Source: Amoebidium appalachense
Lineage: Eukaryota > Protista > Ichthyosporea
DNA length: 64,000 nt
Assembly: GCA_963693365.1 (NCBI GenBank)
Contig: CAVNZM010000005.1
Location: 248,001 to 312,000, forward strand
Reading direction: 5' to 3'
In this document: piece by piece, positions 49,591 through 59,828 of the stretch
How the letters are laid out: each line of letters opens with the position of its first letter
How positions within the stretch are numbered: the first letter of the stretch is position 1
Made by a program: the position numbers and the translations under genes
The notes under the pieces: model-generated
Told to the model about the DNA's origin: nothing
Database searches by the model: none
What the model saw: only the letters and a program-made list of their open reading frames with translations

Positions 49591-50574
49591 TCACTGTTGC
49601 CTGTGGCGTAGATTATTTACCCTTCTTCTTGCCGCTGGTTTCTTGTCGTCCTTCTTCTTCTTGGTGTCCTTCTTCTTGGTGTCCTTCTTCTTGGTGTCCT
49701 TCTTCTTGGTGTCCTTCTTCTTGGTGTCCTTCTTCTTGGTGTCCTCCTTCTTCTTGGTGTCCTTCTTCTTGCCGTCCTTCTTCTTCGTACCCTTCTTCTT
49801 GGTGTCCTTCTTCTTCTTATCCTCCTCGGTGGTACCGGTGGTGTAGTCCAGTGCAAGCTGTGCCAGTCTCACAGTGTCCGGTTGAAAACCAAGGGCCCGG
49901 CCAACAGTCGGTAGGGCTGCCCTAACCAACGGAAGGGCTGCTCGGACGTGTGGGTGCTGTGTGTGGTGTGGTAGGTCCCCCGACTTGTAGCCGTCATGAC
50001 GCGTAGCCGGACTTGGTTTTGCAGAGGGGCCTGCAGGGGGAGGCTTTCTCCCGGACCTACGGCCACCCGAAGGGTCGTGCTCTATAGCTAGAGGGGTGGA
50101 GGAGGCCGGTGGAGTCGACTTGTGCTGCTGCACGTAGTACTCCAGCAAGTGCTTTCCGACGTTTTTCACCTCGGTGATAAGGCCCTGGTCACCCAACACA
50201 GCTTCCTGCAGGCTGCCCCCTCCGACCACACTAGCCAGCCTCTCCCCACCCGCTGAAAGTGCTTCAACGCCACGTTTCAACACCGATTTCATATAGGGTG
50301 TCAAGGCCGGGTTGTCAAACACTGAGTTTTGCTCGTACATCCGTCTCTCATACTCCTCCAGGCTCTCACCGTGCATCCGTTTGAGTGGCCCCAGCAACGC
50401 GTTCATACCGGAGGAACCCTTGTCGGTACGGGTCACCGGTACGGGCTCATAGGTCCCCTCATCGGGTGGGGTAGCAGACGTGGGACCCTCGAGTCCCCCT
50501 TGCAGAGTGGTTGACGGTGCAGCCGGGCTCGTGGGGGGTCTCCAGAGTGCAGGTGTCGTCCCTCCCCCCTTCAT
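49591..50574 (-). CDS. Viral protein with C-terminal (KKKDT)n basic tail, candidate DNA-condensing core protein
   Basis: 327-aa ORF with a 15-bp tandem repeat at ~49650-49820. Confidence 0.75.
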   Translation of the reverse strand: MKGGGTTPALWRPPTSPAAPSTTLQGGLEGPTSATPPDEGTYEPVPVTRTDKGSSGMNALLGPLKRMHGESLEEYERRMYEQNSVFDNPALTPYMKSVLKRGVEALSAGGERLASVVGGGSLQEAVLGDQGLITEVKNVGKHLLEYYVQQHKSTPPASSTPLAIEHDPSGGRRSGRKPPPAGPSAKPSPATRHDGYKSGDLPHHTQHPHVRAALPLVRAALPTVGRALGFQPDTVRLAQLALDYTTGTTEEDKKKKDTKKKGTKKKDGKKKDTKKKEDTKKKDTKKKDTKKKDTKKKDTKKKDTKKKKDDKKPAARRRVNNLRHRQQ

Positions 50575-50689
50575 GGCGACCGACTTTTTAGTCGTTGGGT
50601 AGTAGGTGGCAGATTTAAATTTTTTTTATTAATTTCGGGTATCCGGTCTATAATATCATGTACCGCGTCATCCCCGACCTCCTGTTATT

Positions 50690-52336
50690 TTATCCCCCCT
50701 CCGTTTTTTGCCTAACTCTGCCCCCCCGTCGCGCCTCTCTCGCTCTTTTCTCGCTTCCCACCCAACTCAAATTTCGTTCCGGTTTCGCCCGGCAGTATTG
50801 ATATTTTATACACACTGTTTGTTGCCACGACAGGCAGCAAGGGGAGGGGTGAACCGTCGGAGTCTCGGTTAGGAATGCCAGTGGTGGTGGTGCACTTAGA
50901 ACACGGCCAAACTCCCTCCCGGCAGCCCTTGCAGCCCTCGCCTGGTTGCCCTTGTCCCCGAGACCCCAGAGGATCCACTTGACAAGAGCGAGGCCACCTA
51001 TCTGTGCCACCCTCCACCAATTCGGGTGGTTCAACATGAGCCACCTCTCCAGCTCCGAGAGGGGGGTCCAAAAGGAGTCGTCCTCAATAGTGGCAACGGC
51101 AGCAGTGGTGGCTTCGGCTAGCTGAGTCTCGGTCGGTGTTGCAGAAGTTGCCGTGCTGGTTGGTGCCATGGCAGGCAGGTGGGGTGCTGCAGGGGTCGTG
51201 GGCAGTGGGCCGGGGTGCCAGTTGGGGGGTGGGTACGGGAGGGGTGGCCCGTCGGGCTTGGCAGGCAGGTGGGGTGCTGCAGGGGTCGTGGGCAGTGGGC
51301 CGGGGTGCCAGTTGGGGGGTGGGTACGGGAGGGGTGGCCCGTCGGGCTTGGCAGGCAGGTGGGGTGCTGCAGGGGTCGTGGGCAGTGGGCCGGGGTGCCA
51401 GTTGGGGGGTGGGTACGGGAGGGGTGGCCCGTCGGGCTTGGCAGGCAGGTGGGGTGCTGCAGGGGTCGTGGGCAGTGGGCCGGGGTGCCAGTTGGGGGGT
51501 GGGTACGGGAGGGGTGGCCCGTCGGGCTTGGCAGGCAGGTGGGGAGCAGCTGCAGGGGTCGTGGGCAGTGGGCCGGGGTGCCAGTTGGGGGGTGGGTACG
51601 GGAGGGGTGGCCCGTCGGGCTTGGCAGGCAGGTGGGGTGCTGCAGGGGTCGTGGGCAGTGGGCCGGGGTGCCAGTTGGGGGGTGGGTACGGGAGGGGTGT
51701 ACGGGTGGGTTTGGGTCCCTTCTGCCCTAGGAAACCCGACGGTCGGGGAGTCGTGGTCGAGCCGCCCGTGTGGGGTGTCAGCGGTCCCTTGGAGACACGG
51801 GCAGGGGGACGTATGGCAGACGTTGGCCGTGGTGGTGGTGGTCCAGGGTGCCAGCCCGGGGGTGGGTAGGGTATGGGAGGGTCAGCTGACTTGGTTGGGT
51901 GGTCGGACGGGGTGGGGGAGGGGAGGGGTGCCAGTGGGGTCACGTCAGGTACGGGGGGAGGGGGTGGTCGGGGTCTGGTCCACACGTACGAGCTACCGTA
52001 CTTGTCCTTGAGGTGGGAGTAGTAGTCCATGTAGTCTAGGTCCACCTTAACCACCTCCGGCGGATGCCCACCCCACAAAGACCCATGGTCAGGGTCCATG
52101 TACTTGAGCCTGAGGAAGGCCTCGGGACCCTCCCTAATGAGCTTACGGTATTCATCCGGGTGCAACCGCTGCTGCAAAGACCCAAACAAACCGACAGGGA
52201 GCTCACGCCACGTTTCCCCGGCGACCTCGTGTGGGTGCTTGTAGCTGACACGGTAATGGCCCACACGTTGTAACCAACCCAAATGCTTGTCCAAGTCATC
52301 AGCGTGCCCATGAGGCTGCTGCACGTTGGGGGACAT
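50690..52336 (-). CDS. Pro-rich viral protein with six 30-aa repeats
   Basis: Probable start CCACCATG at 52336. The unit PAKPDGPPLPYPPPNWHPGPLPTTPAAPHL is encoded by a 90-bp repeat at 51171-51698. The C-terminus may shift frame near 50895. Confidence 0.75.
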   Translation of the reverse strand: MSPNVQQPHGHADDLDKHLGWLQRVGHYRVSYKHPHEVAGETWRELPVGLFGSLQQRLHPDEYRKLIREGPEAFLRLKYMDPDHGSLWGGHPPEVVKVDLDYMDYYSHLKDKYGSSYVWTRPRPPPPPVPDVTPLAPLPSPTPSDHPTKSADPPIPYPPPGWHPGPPPPRPTSAIRPPARVSKGPLTPHTGGSTTTPRPSGFLGQKGPKPTRTPLPYPPPNWHPGPLPTTPAAPHLPAKPDGPPLPYPPPNWHPGPLPTTPAAAPHLPAKPDGPPLPYPPPNWHPGPLPTTPAAPHLPAKPDGPPLPYPPPNWHPGPLPTTPAAPHLPAKPDGPPLPYPPPNWHPGPLPTTPAAPHLPAKPDGPPLPYPPPNWHPGPLPTTPAAPHLPAMAPTSTATSATPTETQLAEATTAAVATIEDDSFWTPLSELERWLMLNHPNWWRVAQIGGLALVKWILWGLGDKGNQARAARAAGREFGRVLSAPPPLAFLTETPTVHPSPCCLSWQQTVCIKYQYCRAKPERNLSWVGSEKRAREARRGGRVRQKTEGG

Positions 52337-52370
52337 GGTGGACACGGTATTGTTGTAAAACTGGTGTTTA

Positions 52371-52788
52371 TTATTTGGAGAACCCGGCATACTGTGCCAT
52401 GGGTTGCCTGGTAAAGCTGTTCTGGGGGTCACCACTACGGCCCACCCTCACGGGTGCAAAGTCCAGGTAGTAGGTCTGGTTGTTGAACGGGAGACCCCTG
52501 CTACCCAGACCACTCCTGCCCGGCATGGAGGGTAGGTGGTTGTCGGCGGGCAGGTTGCCGAAAGTCGGCAGCTCACGGAACGGCACACCGTACACCCCGG
52601 CCTGGAAGGTGCCGTCCGTGTGAGGTACACGGTAGGGGGCAACATAGGCTGCCTCGTACTCGGCCTGTGGAGCCACCTTGTAGGTACACGGCTGCCTGGG
52701 TTGGTGTAGGTGCCCACGGTACAACGGCAGTGTCGGTAACATGGCTAGGTGTAGGTGCCCACGGTACAATAGCAGTGTCGGTAGCCAT
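52371..52788 (-). CDS. Viral hypothetical protein, ~138 aa, probable frameshift near 52685
   Basis: ATG 52788 (MATDTAIVPWAPTP, twice) lies just downstream of TATATAAAAA. The reading continues in the frame YKVAPQAEYEAAYVAPY...GFSK. Confidence 0.55.
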
Positions 52789-52836
52789 GTTTGCCGTGTG
52801 TGCTTGTTTTTATATAGCCAGACACAATTTAGCACT

Positions 52837-54581
52837 CTAGGCCTCCACCGTCACCTCACGGGCACCAGACAGCACAAGCACGTTTTCATGGTGCACAAAC
52901 GTGTCAAGGGTCAGGTCGTCGTACTCGTTGGCTCTGGAGGTACCGCTGGTGAACTTCTCCGTGTTGAGGTGCAGCAGAATGGGGGTAGCATCGGAGCTGG
53001 TGTCGAGGCCAGAGTACAGGTCACGGTCCCTCTCCAGGTCAAGGGCAATCATGAACTGTTTATCCGGCCAGGCAGTGCTGTTGTACATGCAGTCGGCCGT
53101 GACGTCACCCAAGAAGTACAGGGCCTTGGCCAACTCCGCCCATGCCTCGGCACAGTTGTTCGAGGACACTCGAATCTCGTCGAGGGGCTTCTGGTAGGGT
53201 CCTATCTTGATCTGGTAGCTGGTGATGTTACTACGCTTGGACCTGAACGTCTCGCTGTTTGCTTGGGCCCAGTCGTTGCCACTCCTCACCAGGGACAGCA
53301 GGGACTTGACGTTCCGCCCCCGGAACGAAATGTGCAGGTCGGCAGGACTGCCCCCCTTGACGTAGCTCTGGAAATGGGTGAACGTGCTGTATGGAATATA
53401 CACGTTCTTCTCCATCAGAGCCTTCTCAAAGCCGGCCGTGTACACGGCGTTCCACTCAATAATTTCACAGTGGAAGACGGGGTTGATAATCTCGTAGGAC
53501 ACGTCCTTCACCCATTCTGCGTTCTCGGTGGGCACGTACAGCACCTGGTTGGCCTCCCCCAGCGACAGCTCGATCTGTACCTCCCCCATGTATGACAGGG
53601 GCAGGTACCTGCCGGAACGCATGAGGCCGAGCTTGAGCTGATGAATGTAGGTGAACCCGTCAGTGGCATCGATCTGGGCCTGAACGTTGACCTGCTGGGG
53701 TGGCCACTTGGCCACCTTCTTGGTGTAGTCGAGGTACTTGCCGTCTGTAATGCGGTCCTTGCCGGGTACACTGTCGGCCTCGGCGGGTGTGGGTATCAAG
53801 GTGTCATTGGCAAGGGGGGCTACGTCCTTGAGCTTTTCAATGCCAAACAGCCTCTTGAGCGGGTCGGGGTTGAAGAGAGCGTATTTACTATCGACAGCCG
53901 TATTCCACTTGTCTGCGTACTCCCAGTCGTCGTCCTGGGGCCCGTAGCTGCCATGCATGCGGCCGGCAGGGCAGTTGCCGTAGTCGGCCGACGACAGGAA
54001 GCGTTCAAGGTTGATCATGAGGTGGTTGTACCCAGAAATGTCCTCCACGGTAGTGCCGTTGATGGACACGCGGGCACGGTCAAAGGGGGCAGCCGAGGAG
54101 CACAGGTGACCACCCATCATAGCCACTGCGGCATACCCTCCAGGTTACGGACCTTGAGAGGGAAAATGTCCTTACTGGCAACAGCCGCCGGATTGAGGGT
54201 GTCAGAATCAGCCGTCCCGGTCTGGGGCACTGTGGTACCCTCAAAGCCGACAGTGTCCTGGTTGTTGCTGATGGGGTGGTCGAGCTGGTCAGGGAGGGGA
54301 ACTTCCGCAGTCTCTCCACCTTGACACCCACGTTCTCGGGGGCGTTGGGGACGTTGGCCTTGAACTGGAACGTCATGTAGCTGTTGAGACAGTCCAGGAA
54401 GCCCACAGCAGGCAGGGAGAACCGAATCACACGCTGCCCCTTGGAGCTGTACGTCGGGGTAGGTCTTGACGGTCGATAGGCGGTTAATGTGGCTGAGCTC
54501 GACAGGTGAGTAGGTGCCGGCGTCCGTCAGCTTGTGGTAGGCCAGGTTGAGGGGCACGGAGGCGTCGTAGGGGGCTGCCAT
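52837..54581 (-). CDS. Double jelly-roll major capsid protein, ~580 aa, three apparent frameshifts (~54457, ~54312, ~54122)
   Basis: Stitched sequence gives TYSSKGQRVIRFSLPAVGFLDCLNSYMTF, FDRARVSINGTTVEDISGYN, GLMRSGRYLPL, IELSL, YQIKIG, FMIALDLE and SGLDT, the pattern of PLV-type capsid proteins. It lies next to the ATPase. Confidence 0.87.
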
Positions 54582-54593
54582 GTTGCCGGTGTG

Positions 54594-55337
54594 TTACACA
54601 TGGTCGACATTTTTTTCATTCGTGCCGAGCACCACCTCCTCCTCAAAATTGCGAAACATCCGACCCTCGTTCAGCCGGATAAAAAGAAAGTCGTGCTTGT
54701 CCCGGTAGACCGTGTCCATGAGCTCGAAAAACTGGGGGGTTTCGAGGGTCGGCAAGAACTCGTCCCTCAACACCTTGAGCTCGGTGTTGTTGGTGTTCTT
54801 AAAATAGGCCAAGGCATCGGCCTGGCTACGTAGCTCAAGGGGGATCTTGTTCAATTTCTGCCCCACCATCATCACCGACACACCAATGTGTCGTCGGTTC
54901 TGTGCCATACGTACAAATTCACGGAGGTTGCCGGATTTTCGGAAAATATGGGACATGTCGTCGAACACCAACAACATCCGGTAATTTGGGTTGACCTTCT
55001 TGTGTTGGAGGGACAGTTTGAGAATCTCGGGGAGGAAGGTGACGTCCTGGTGCAGGCGGGCCTTGGGAATTTTCAGGGCCGTGCCGAGGGTGTGCATGCT
55101 CGGGCTGAAAATGTACACACGGTCAAACTGTTTATTGTAGAACTCGCCCTCCCGGGCAATGAGGTTGACGAGCAGGTTGGACTTGCCAGAACCAGGCTGG
55201 CCAATAAGCAAAAAGAAGAACACGTTGTCCATGAGGGGGTAGGGCACGTTCAGTTTGGTGTCACACGTCATCGGAATGTGCTCCACCGACAGTGGTGCCG
55301 GCAAGGGGTTGACGGCTATGGGTGGGGTAGGGTGCAT
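54594..55337 (-). CDS. A32/FtsK-HerA family genome packaging ATPase
   Basis: Walker A GQPGSGKS, Walker B LLVFDD, arginine finger NRRH, MVGQ motif and DFLFI at the C-terminus. Confidence 0.93.
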   Translation of the reverse strand: MHPTPPIAVNPLPAPLSVEHIPMTCDTKLNVPYPLMDNVFFFLLIGQPGSGKSNLLVNLIAREGEFYNKQFDRVYIFSPSMHTLGTALKIPKARLHQDVTFLPEILKLSLQHKKVNPNYRMLLVFDDMSHIFRKSGNLREFVRMAQNRRHIGVSVMMVGQKLNKIPLELRSQADALAYFKNTNNTELKVLRDEFLPTLETPQFFELMDTVYRDKHDFLFIRLNEGRMFRNFEEEVVLGTNEKNVDHV

Positions 55338-55365
55338 GGTGTCACTCAGTGTAGGGTGGCTAAAA

Positions 55366-55602
55366 TTAATGACGGCAGCTGTCGATCTGCACGTTGTAGA
55401 CGGTAAACTCGTCGAGGCACTTGAAACTGCAGAGGTACATAGGCTCGTCCCCCAGCCACGTCATGGTGCACCCACAGTCAAAGTCACAGCCTGGCCCCTC
55501 CTCCTGCGTGGCACACCGGAACCAGTGCCCACAGAAGTCGCACGCGTGCTGCCACGGCTCGGCATCCGTGTCGGACGCGCTCTTGGACGTTGTGCCGACC
55601 AT
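55366..55602 (-). CDS. Small Cys-rich protein, possible TRASH/MYM-like zinc finger, 78 aa
   Basis: CDFCG...CDFDCGC...YLCSFKC; start ACCAACATG at 55602. Confidence 0.55.
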   Translation of the reverse strand: MVGTTSKSASDTDAEPWQHACDFCGHWFRCATQEEGPGCDFDCGCTMTWLGDEPMYLCSFKCLDEFTVYNVQIDSCRH

Positions 55603-55696
55603 GTTGGTTGACCGTGTTTGATAGTGGGCACACATTTTTTGGACGTATGTACGCCCAACGTTGGAAAAAAATGTGTCCCTATTGGTAACACCAACA

Positions 55697-56320
55697 ATGT
55701 CAACCGACGAGAACCAAATCGAGCGCATGTCGGACGGTGAGGCCGACCAACCGGTGTCCAACGAAACCACCAACACCGGTATGGGTGTGGACCCCATGGT
55801 GCTGGAAGCCGGCAACGCGGCAAGGGCCAAACGGCAACCCACAGCACGGCAGCTGGAGGCCTTGGAGAAGGGTAGGAGCACAAGGGTGGAACGCATGCGT
55901 AGGAACAAGGACTATATCCGTGAACTTGAGCAGAAGCTGCAGGTGCTGGAGACCCGCCCAGCCGACCCCCCACCCCCAGCAGCAGCACCGGTACTGGTAG
56001 CACCCCCAAAGGCCCCCCGGCCAAAGCAGAAGAAGGCCCCACGAAAGCCCTTGGCACGGGTGACCTATGAAGAGGAGGACAGCTACGAGGAGAGTGACGG
56101 GTATGACAACCCGTACAACCCGTACTATGAGCACTATTACGTGCCCCCACCCCCACCCCCACACCCCATGGGTGCACCGGGCAGCTTCGGGCCTCCACCG
56201 ATACGTCACAGCATGCCCCACACGGGCTACGGCACGTACCACACACAGGCAGCATCACAGCAGCCCCCTCCCCCGCAGCGTAGTTACAGTGACCACATTG
56301 CCAACCTCATCTCGTGGTGA
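55697..56320 (+). CDS. Viral hypothetical protein with coiled-coil and Pro/Tyr-rich tail
   Basis: ATG 55697; KRQPTARQLEALEKGR followed by a helical segment. Confidence 0.7.
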   Translation: MSTDENQIERMSDGEADQPVSNETTNTGMGVDPMVLEAGNAARAKRQPTARQLEALEKGRSTRVERMRRNKDYIRELEQKLQVLETRPADPPPPAAAPVLVAPPKAPRPKQKKAPRKPLARVTYEEEDSYEESDGYDNPYNPYYEHYYVPPPPPPHPMGAPGSFGPPPIRHSMPHTGYGTYHTQAASQQPPPPQRSYSDHIANLISW

Positions 56321-56361
56321 AAAATTCACACATACCACTAGTAGCTAGGCTACATGCAGGC

Positions 56362-56655
56362 ATGGCCACCCCGAAGAACATGAAGAATTTGCCGTCGGCA
56401 TACTCGTCACCCTTCACCTTTGACGACTACTTGCAGTTCTACATACGCCACGGCACCGACAAACAGTTTGACCCGGCCGGCAACACGGAAGGGAAGAAGC
56501 CCGAAAACAAAATCGAGAAAAAGTTCCGGCAGTTGAAGAAGAAGGTGCCGGTGGACCGGCAGGAGGAGCTGAGGAAGGTGCTGGAGTACGAGGCCCAGCT
56601 GGATGCCCGCATGCTTGCCCACATACAGAAACAGGAGGGGGAGACCAACATCTAG
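56362..56655 (+). CDS. Small basic helical viral protein, 97 aa
   Basis: ATG 56362 and virus-like codon use; its stop overlaps that of the convergent ORF. Confidence 0.65.
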   Translation: MATPKNMKNLPSAYSSPFTFDDYLQFYIRHGTDKQFDPAGNTEGKKPENKIEKKFRQLKKKVPVDRQEELRKVLEYEAQLDARMLAHIQKQEGETNI

Positions 56656-56891
56656 GGGTACGACCGACCCCCACCCCGCCTGAAGGACCTCTGCATGTAG
56701 TTGATGTTGCTGCCGACGTAGGCCACGTTTTGGGCAGCACGACCAATGTTCAACACCGTCTGAAACCTATCCCAGTGCTCGTTGGGGTGGACAATAAGGG
56801 TGTGGTTGCGTGGTGCTGCCGTTCGGTCCGGCCGTGGCGGTCGCCAGTACTCGGAGTCGTTGGTATAGCCCGTGCCTTGTTGAAAATTCAT
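56652..56891 (-). CDS. Small viral protein with Arg/Gly-rich C-terminus, 79 aa
   Basis: CCACCATG start; ends FRRGGGRSYP. Confidence 0.65.
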   Translation of the reverse strand: MNFQQGTGYTNDSEYWRPPRPDRTAAPRNHTLIVHPNEHWDRFQTVLNIGRAAQNVAYVGSNINYMQRSFRRGGGRSYP

Positions 56892-56937
56892 GGTGGTAGT
56901 AATGTCTTCATTGAGTGGTGGTGAAAATATGCAACAC

Positions 56938-57996
56938 CTAGCCGAACCGTTGTGGCTTGCTCATGGGTCGGACGACCGTGGACCCTGTGGGTCTGGGAAT
57001 ACGCCTCAGGCACAATAAAAAGGTCACGTCACCTCTCATCCGTACAACGTTGCCGTAGCAGCTCACCAGCCTCACTGTGAGAGAGTTGATGTGCGTGCTG
57101 ACGTCGAGTGGTAGCTCGATGACTGCCCCGTTGTCAAAGAACGGGACGGTGATGTTGGGAAAGGCAGGAATGACGGCCAGCACGTCCTTGCTGGGGTAGG
57201 AGGACTGAAACTTGACGTCGGCGTTGGCTATACTCACGGACGACTCTGAGTTCACACCGTGAAGCTCGAGGAGGAAGTGGGTGGGGAAACACCCAACATT
57301 AGGGGCCGTGGTCTCGTCCCTGCCGGGCTTTGAGCTAACCAGGCTATCCCCCACGTTCATACCGGCTGCAGCAGCCACCACCGGCGAGTCGAACCACATG
57401 AGGTACCTGGTGTCGGGTGCACGGTTTACGAACTTAATCCGACCGGTCTTCTCGTCGTAGCTCAACTCCACTTCCCCGTCGGCAGGTTTGTCGTTGCCAA
57501 GTACGCTCGTAAGGTACCTATCCAGCAGGAACTGCAACCAATACCCCATATACGACCCAAAGACGTTTTCAGTACTCGCCAGGTCTCTGGATAGCTCGTT
57601 GCTGCTCCCACGACCCACAAAGGCACCCGTCGGGCTCACCCCTAACTCCCACAGGGGAATGGTACGCCACACCTTCTTGCCAGGTTCGATTTGCAACTCG
57701 TCGGGTGTGGCTTCAAAGTACAGGCGCTGGATGTCGGTGGGTGAGCCCCACCCCCCTCCCGGGGTCGGGAGCTGGCGGGCCATGTTGACATAGCACTCAT
57801 CACGGGGGTACGGGTAGTAGAAGGTGGTGGGGGTGGTCATGGTGCTCACCCACTTGACCCCCAACGACGTGTTCTGCTGGAACCCTATCGGGGGAGACAG
57901 CATGGCCTTCATTTCCACAGGGGCTGGGTCCTTCTGGCCTTGCACAAAGTCACCGACGTGTTGCATGACTACGAGGTGTGTTGGGGCTTGGTCCAT
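56938..57996 (-). CDS. Minor capsid protein (penton, single jelly-roll)
   Basis: N-terminal LSPPIGFQQNTSLGV and C-terminal DVLAVIP...INSLTVRLVSCYGNVVRMRGDVTFLLCLR fit polinton/PLV pentons. Start CCACCATG at 57996. Confidence 0.8.
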   Translation of the reverse strand: MDQAPTHLVVMQHVGDFVQGQKDPAPVEMKAMLSPPIGFQQNTSLGVKWVSTMTTPTTFYYPYPRDECYVNMARQLPTPGGGWGSPTDIQRLYFEATPDELQIEPGKKVWRTIPLWELGVSPTGAFVGRGSSNELSRDLASTENVFGSYMGYWLQFLLDRYLTSVLGNDKPADGEVELSYDEKTGRIKFVNRAPDTRYLMWFDSPVVAAAAGMNVGDSLVSSKPGRDETTAPNVGCFPTHFLLELHGVNSESSVSIANADVKFQSSYPSKDVLAVIPAFPNITVPFFDNGAVIELPLDVSTHINSLTVRLVSCYGNVVRMRGDVTFLLCLRRIPRPTGSTVVRPMSKPQRFG

Positions 57997-58076
57997 GGTG
58001 GTAGTGGGCACAAATACCGTTATAAACACCGTACAAAAATTCAACGTCATGTAGTAACGTGCACACTTGTGCAACC

Positions 58077-59810
58077 ATGCCCAAATCACTCAACTGGACC
58101 GTGGCTGACGGGCTTGCACTCACGAACCGACGAAAAGACGGCTACTACGTGGGGGTGGTGGCCAACACAACAGGCCACAAACACGACGCATACGATCTGA
58201 CATTGCCCTTGACCGGGCCGGCTACATTTGCCTACATGGCATGTGACCCCAACGGCAACATGTCGTTTGTGGACGCTACCGACGTGCCGTCCGATGCAAC
58301 CGTGCAGGCACTGGGGGCCAGGGTGGCTACCGTAGAAGAAGTAAACACCACACAGGACACGGACATTGCCGGTCTCAAAACCACAACGGAAGGTCTGGGT
58401 ACCCGAATGACGGCCGTGGAGGGTGTGAACACCATGCAGAACACGGACATTGTCGGGCTCAAAACCACGGCAGGAGGTCTGGGCACAAGGCTGACGGCAG
58501 TAGAAGGGAAGGTAGCGTCGGTCCTCGATGTGGCCAACGGCGCAGTGACGGTCAACACCACACAGAACACGGACATTGCCGACCTCAAGACCACCACGGG
58601 GGGCCTGGACACGAGGCTGACGGCAGTGGAGGGCAAGGCCACCACCGCCCTCAACACGGCCAACGGCGCAGTGACGGTCAACACCACACAGAACACGGAC
58701 ATTGCCGGCCTCAAGACCACCACGGGGAGCCTGGACACGAGGCTGACGGCAGTGGAGGGCAAGGCCACCACCGCCCTCAACACGGCCAACGGCGCAGTGA
58801 CGGTCAACACCACACAGAACACGGACATTGCCGGCCTCAAGACCACCACGGGGAGCCTGGACACGAGGCTGACGGCAGTGGAGGGCAAGGCCACCACCGC
58901 CCTCAACACGGCCAACGGTGCAGTGACGGTCAACACCACGCAGACAAACGACATTGCCGGCCTCAAAACTACCACAGGGTCCCTCGACGCCCGGCTGACG
59001 GCCGTGGAGGCGAAAGCCACCAATGCCCTCAACACGGCCAACGGTGCAGTGACGGTCAACACGACACAGAACACGGACATTGCCAGTCTGAAGAGTAGTA
59101 GCACGACACTTGGCCTCGACGTCAACCGGCTCAACACGCTCGTGAATCTCCACGACACGACCGTGGCTACCCTGACCACAGACATGGGTGCCATCAAACC
59201 CCGTATGCCGCCGGCCGGCGAGGGCATGCTGCTCAGCAACACGTACGGGAGCCGGCGCACGGGCCCGGCCTACCTGACGGTGAAAGTACACCATGCTGCC
59301 GCCCAGGGGTGGAACGTTGCCGGAAAGGCTGCATGGGAGGACACGATCAGCATATACAGGTCAACGTACGAGCCAGTCATTAAACCCCAGTGTATATCAT
59401 CCCCGGGGGCCGAACTCATGGTGATTGTCTACTTCTGGACACTAGGGACCAACGGTGTGCGCAAGTATGTCACCCACGTGGGCTCCCTACCCATGTCGTG
59501 CGTGTCCCCGTGGGACATAAACAACATCTACCCGTTTGCGCTGGGCTCCGGCATGTTGGAGGGGGCCGTTGTTCCCACAGGGGATGACTTTCGGTTCAAG
59601 CTCAAGGTAAGGCTGACAAAGCTCTTCCAGACCGACACAGAGAGCTATGCAAGCGTTGCCGGCTACAACAACTTTGACGTGCTGGTGTTGGCAAAGTACC
59701 CACGGTTTACCGACTACAAGGACAAGGCCAGCATTCCCCGCACCAACATAGTCACCCACCCTCCCACCTTCTATGCAGACCTTGAATGGGGGGCGCAAAA
59801 TTATTTCTAA
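58077..59810 (+). CDS. Fibre-like protein with a long heptad-repeat coiled-coil stalk
   Basis: 28- and 42-aa repeats (AVTVNTTQNTDIAGLKTTTGSLDTRLTAVEGKATTALNTANG) lie between a short N-terminal module and a beta-rich C-terminal head. Confidence 0.75.
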   Translation: MPKSLNWTVADGLALTNRRKDGYYVGVVANTTGHKHDAYDLTLPLTGPATFAYMACDPNGNMSFVDATDVPSDATVQALGARVATVEEVNTTQDTDIAGLKTTTEGLGTRMTAVEGVNTMQNTDIVGLKTTAGGLGTRLTAVEGKVASVLDVANGAVTVNTTQNTDIADLKTTTGGLDTRLTAVEGKATTALNTANGAVTVNTTQNTDIAGLKTTTGSLDTRLTAVEGKATTALNTANGAVTVNTTQNTDIAGLKTTTGSLDTRLTAVEGKATTALNTANGAVTVNTTQTNDIAGLKTTTGSLDARLTAVEAKATNALNTANGAVTVNTTQNTDIASLKSSSTTLGLDVNRLNTLVNLHDTTVATLTTDMGAIKPRMPPAGEGMLLSNTYGSRRTGPAYLTVKVHHAAAQGWNVAGKAAWEDTISIYRSTYEPVIKPQCISSPGAELMVIVYFWTLGTNGVRKYVTHVGSLPMSCVSPWDINNIYPFALGSGMLEGAVVPTGDDFRFKLKVRLTKLFQTDTESYASVAGYNNFDVLVLAKYPRFTDYKDKASIPRTNIVTHPPTFYADLEWGAQNYF

Positions 59811-59828
59811 CACACTAGTAAACCCACC

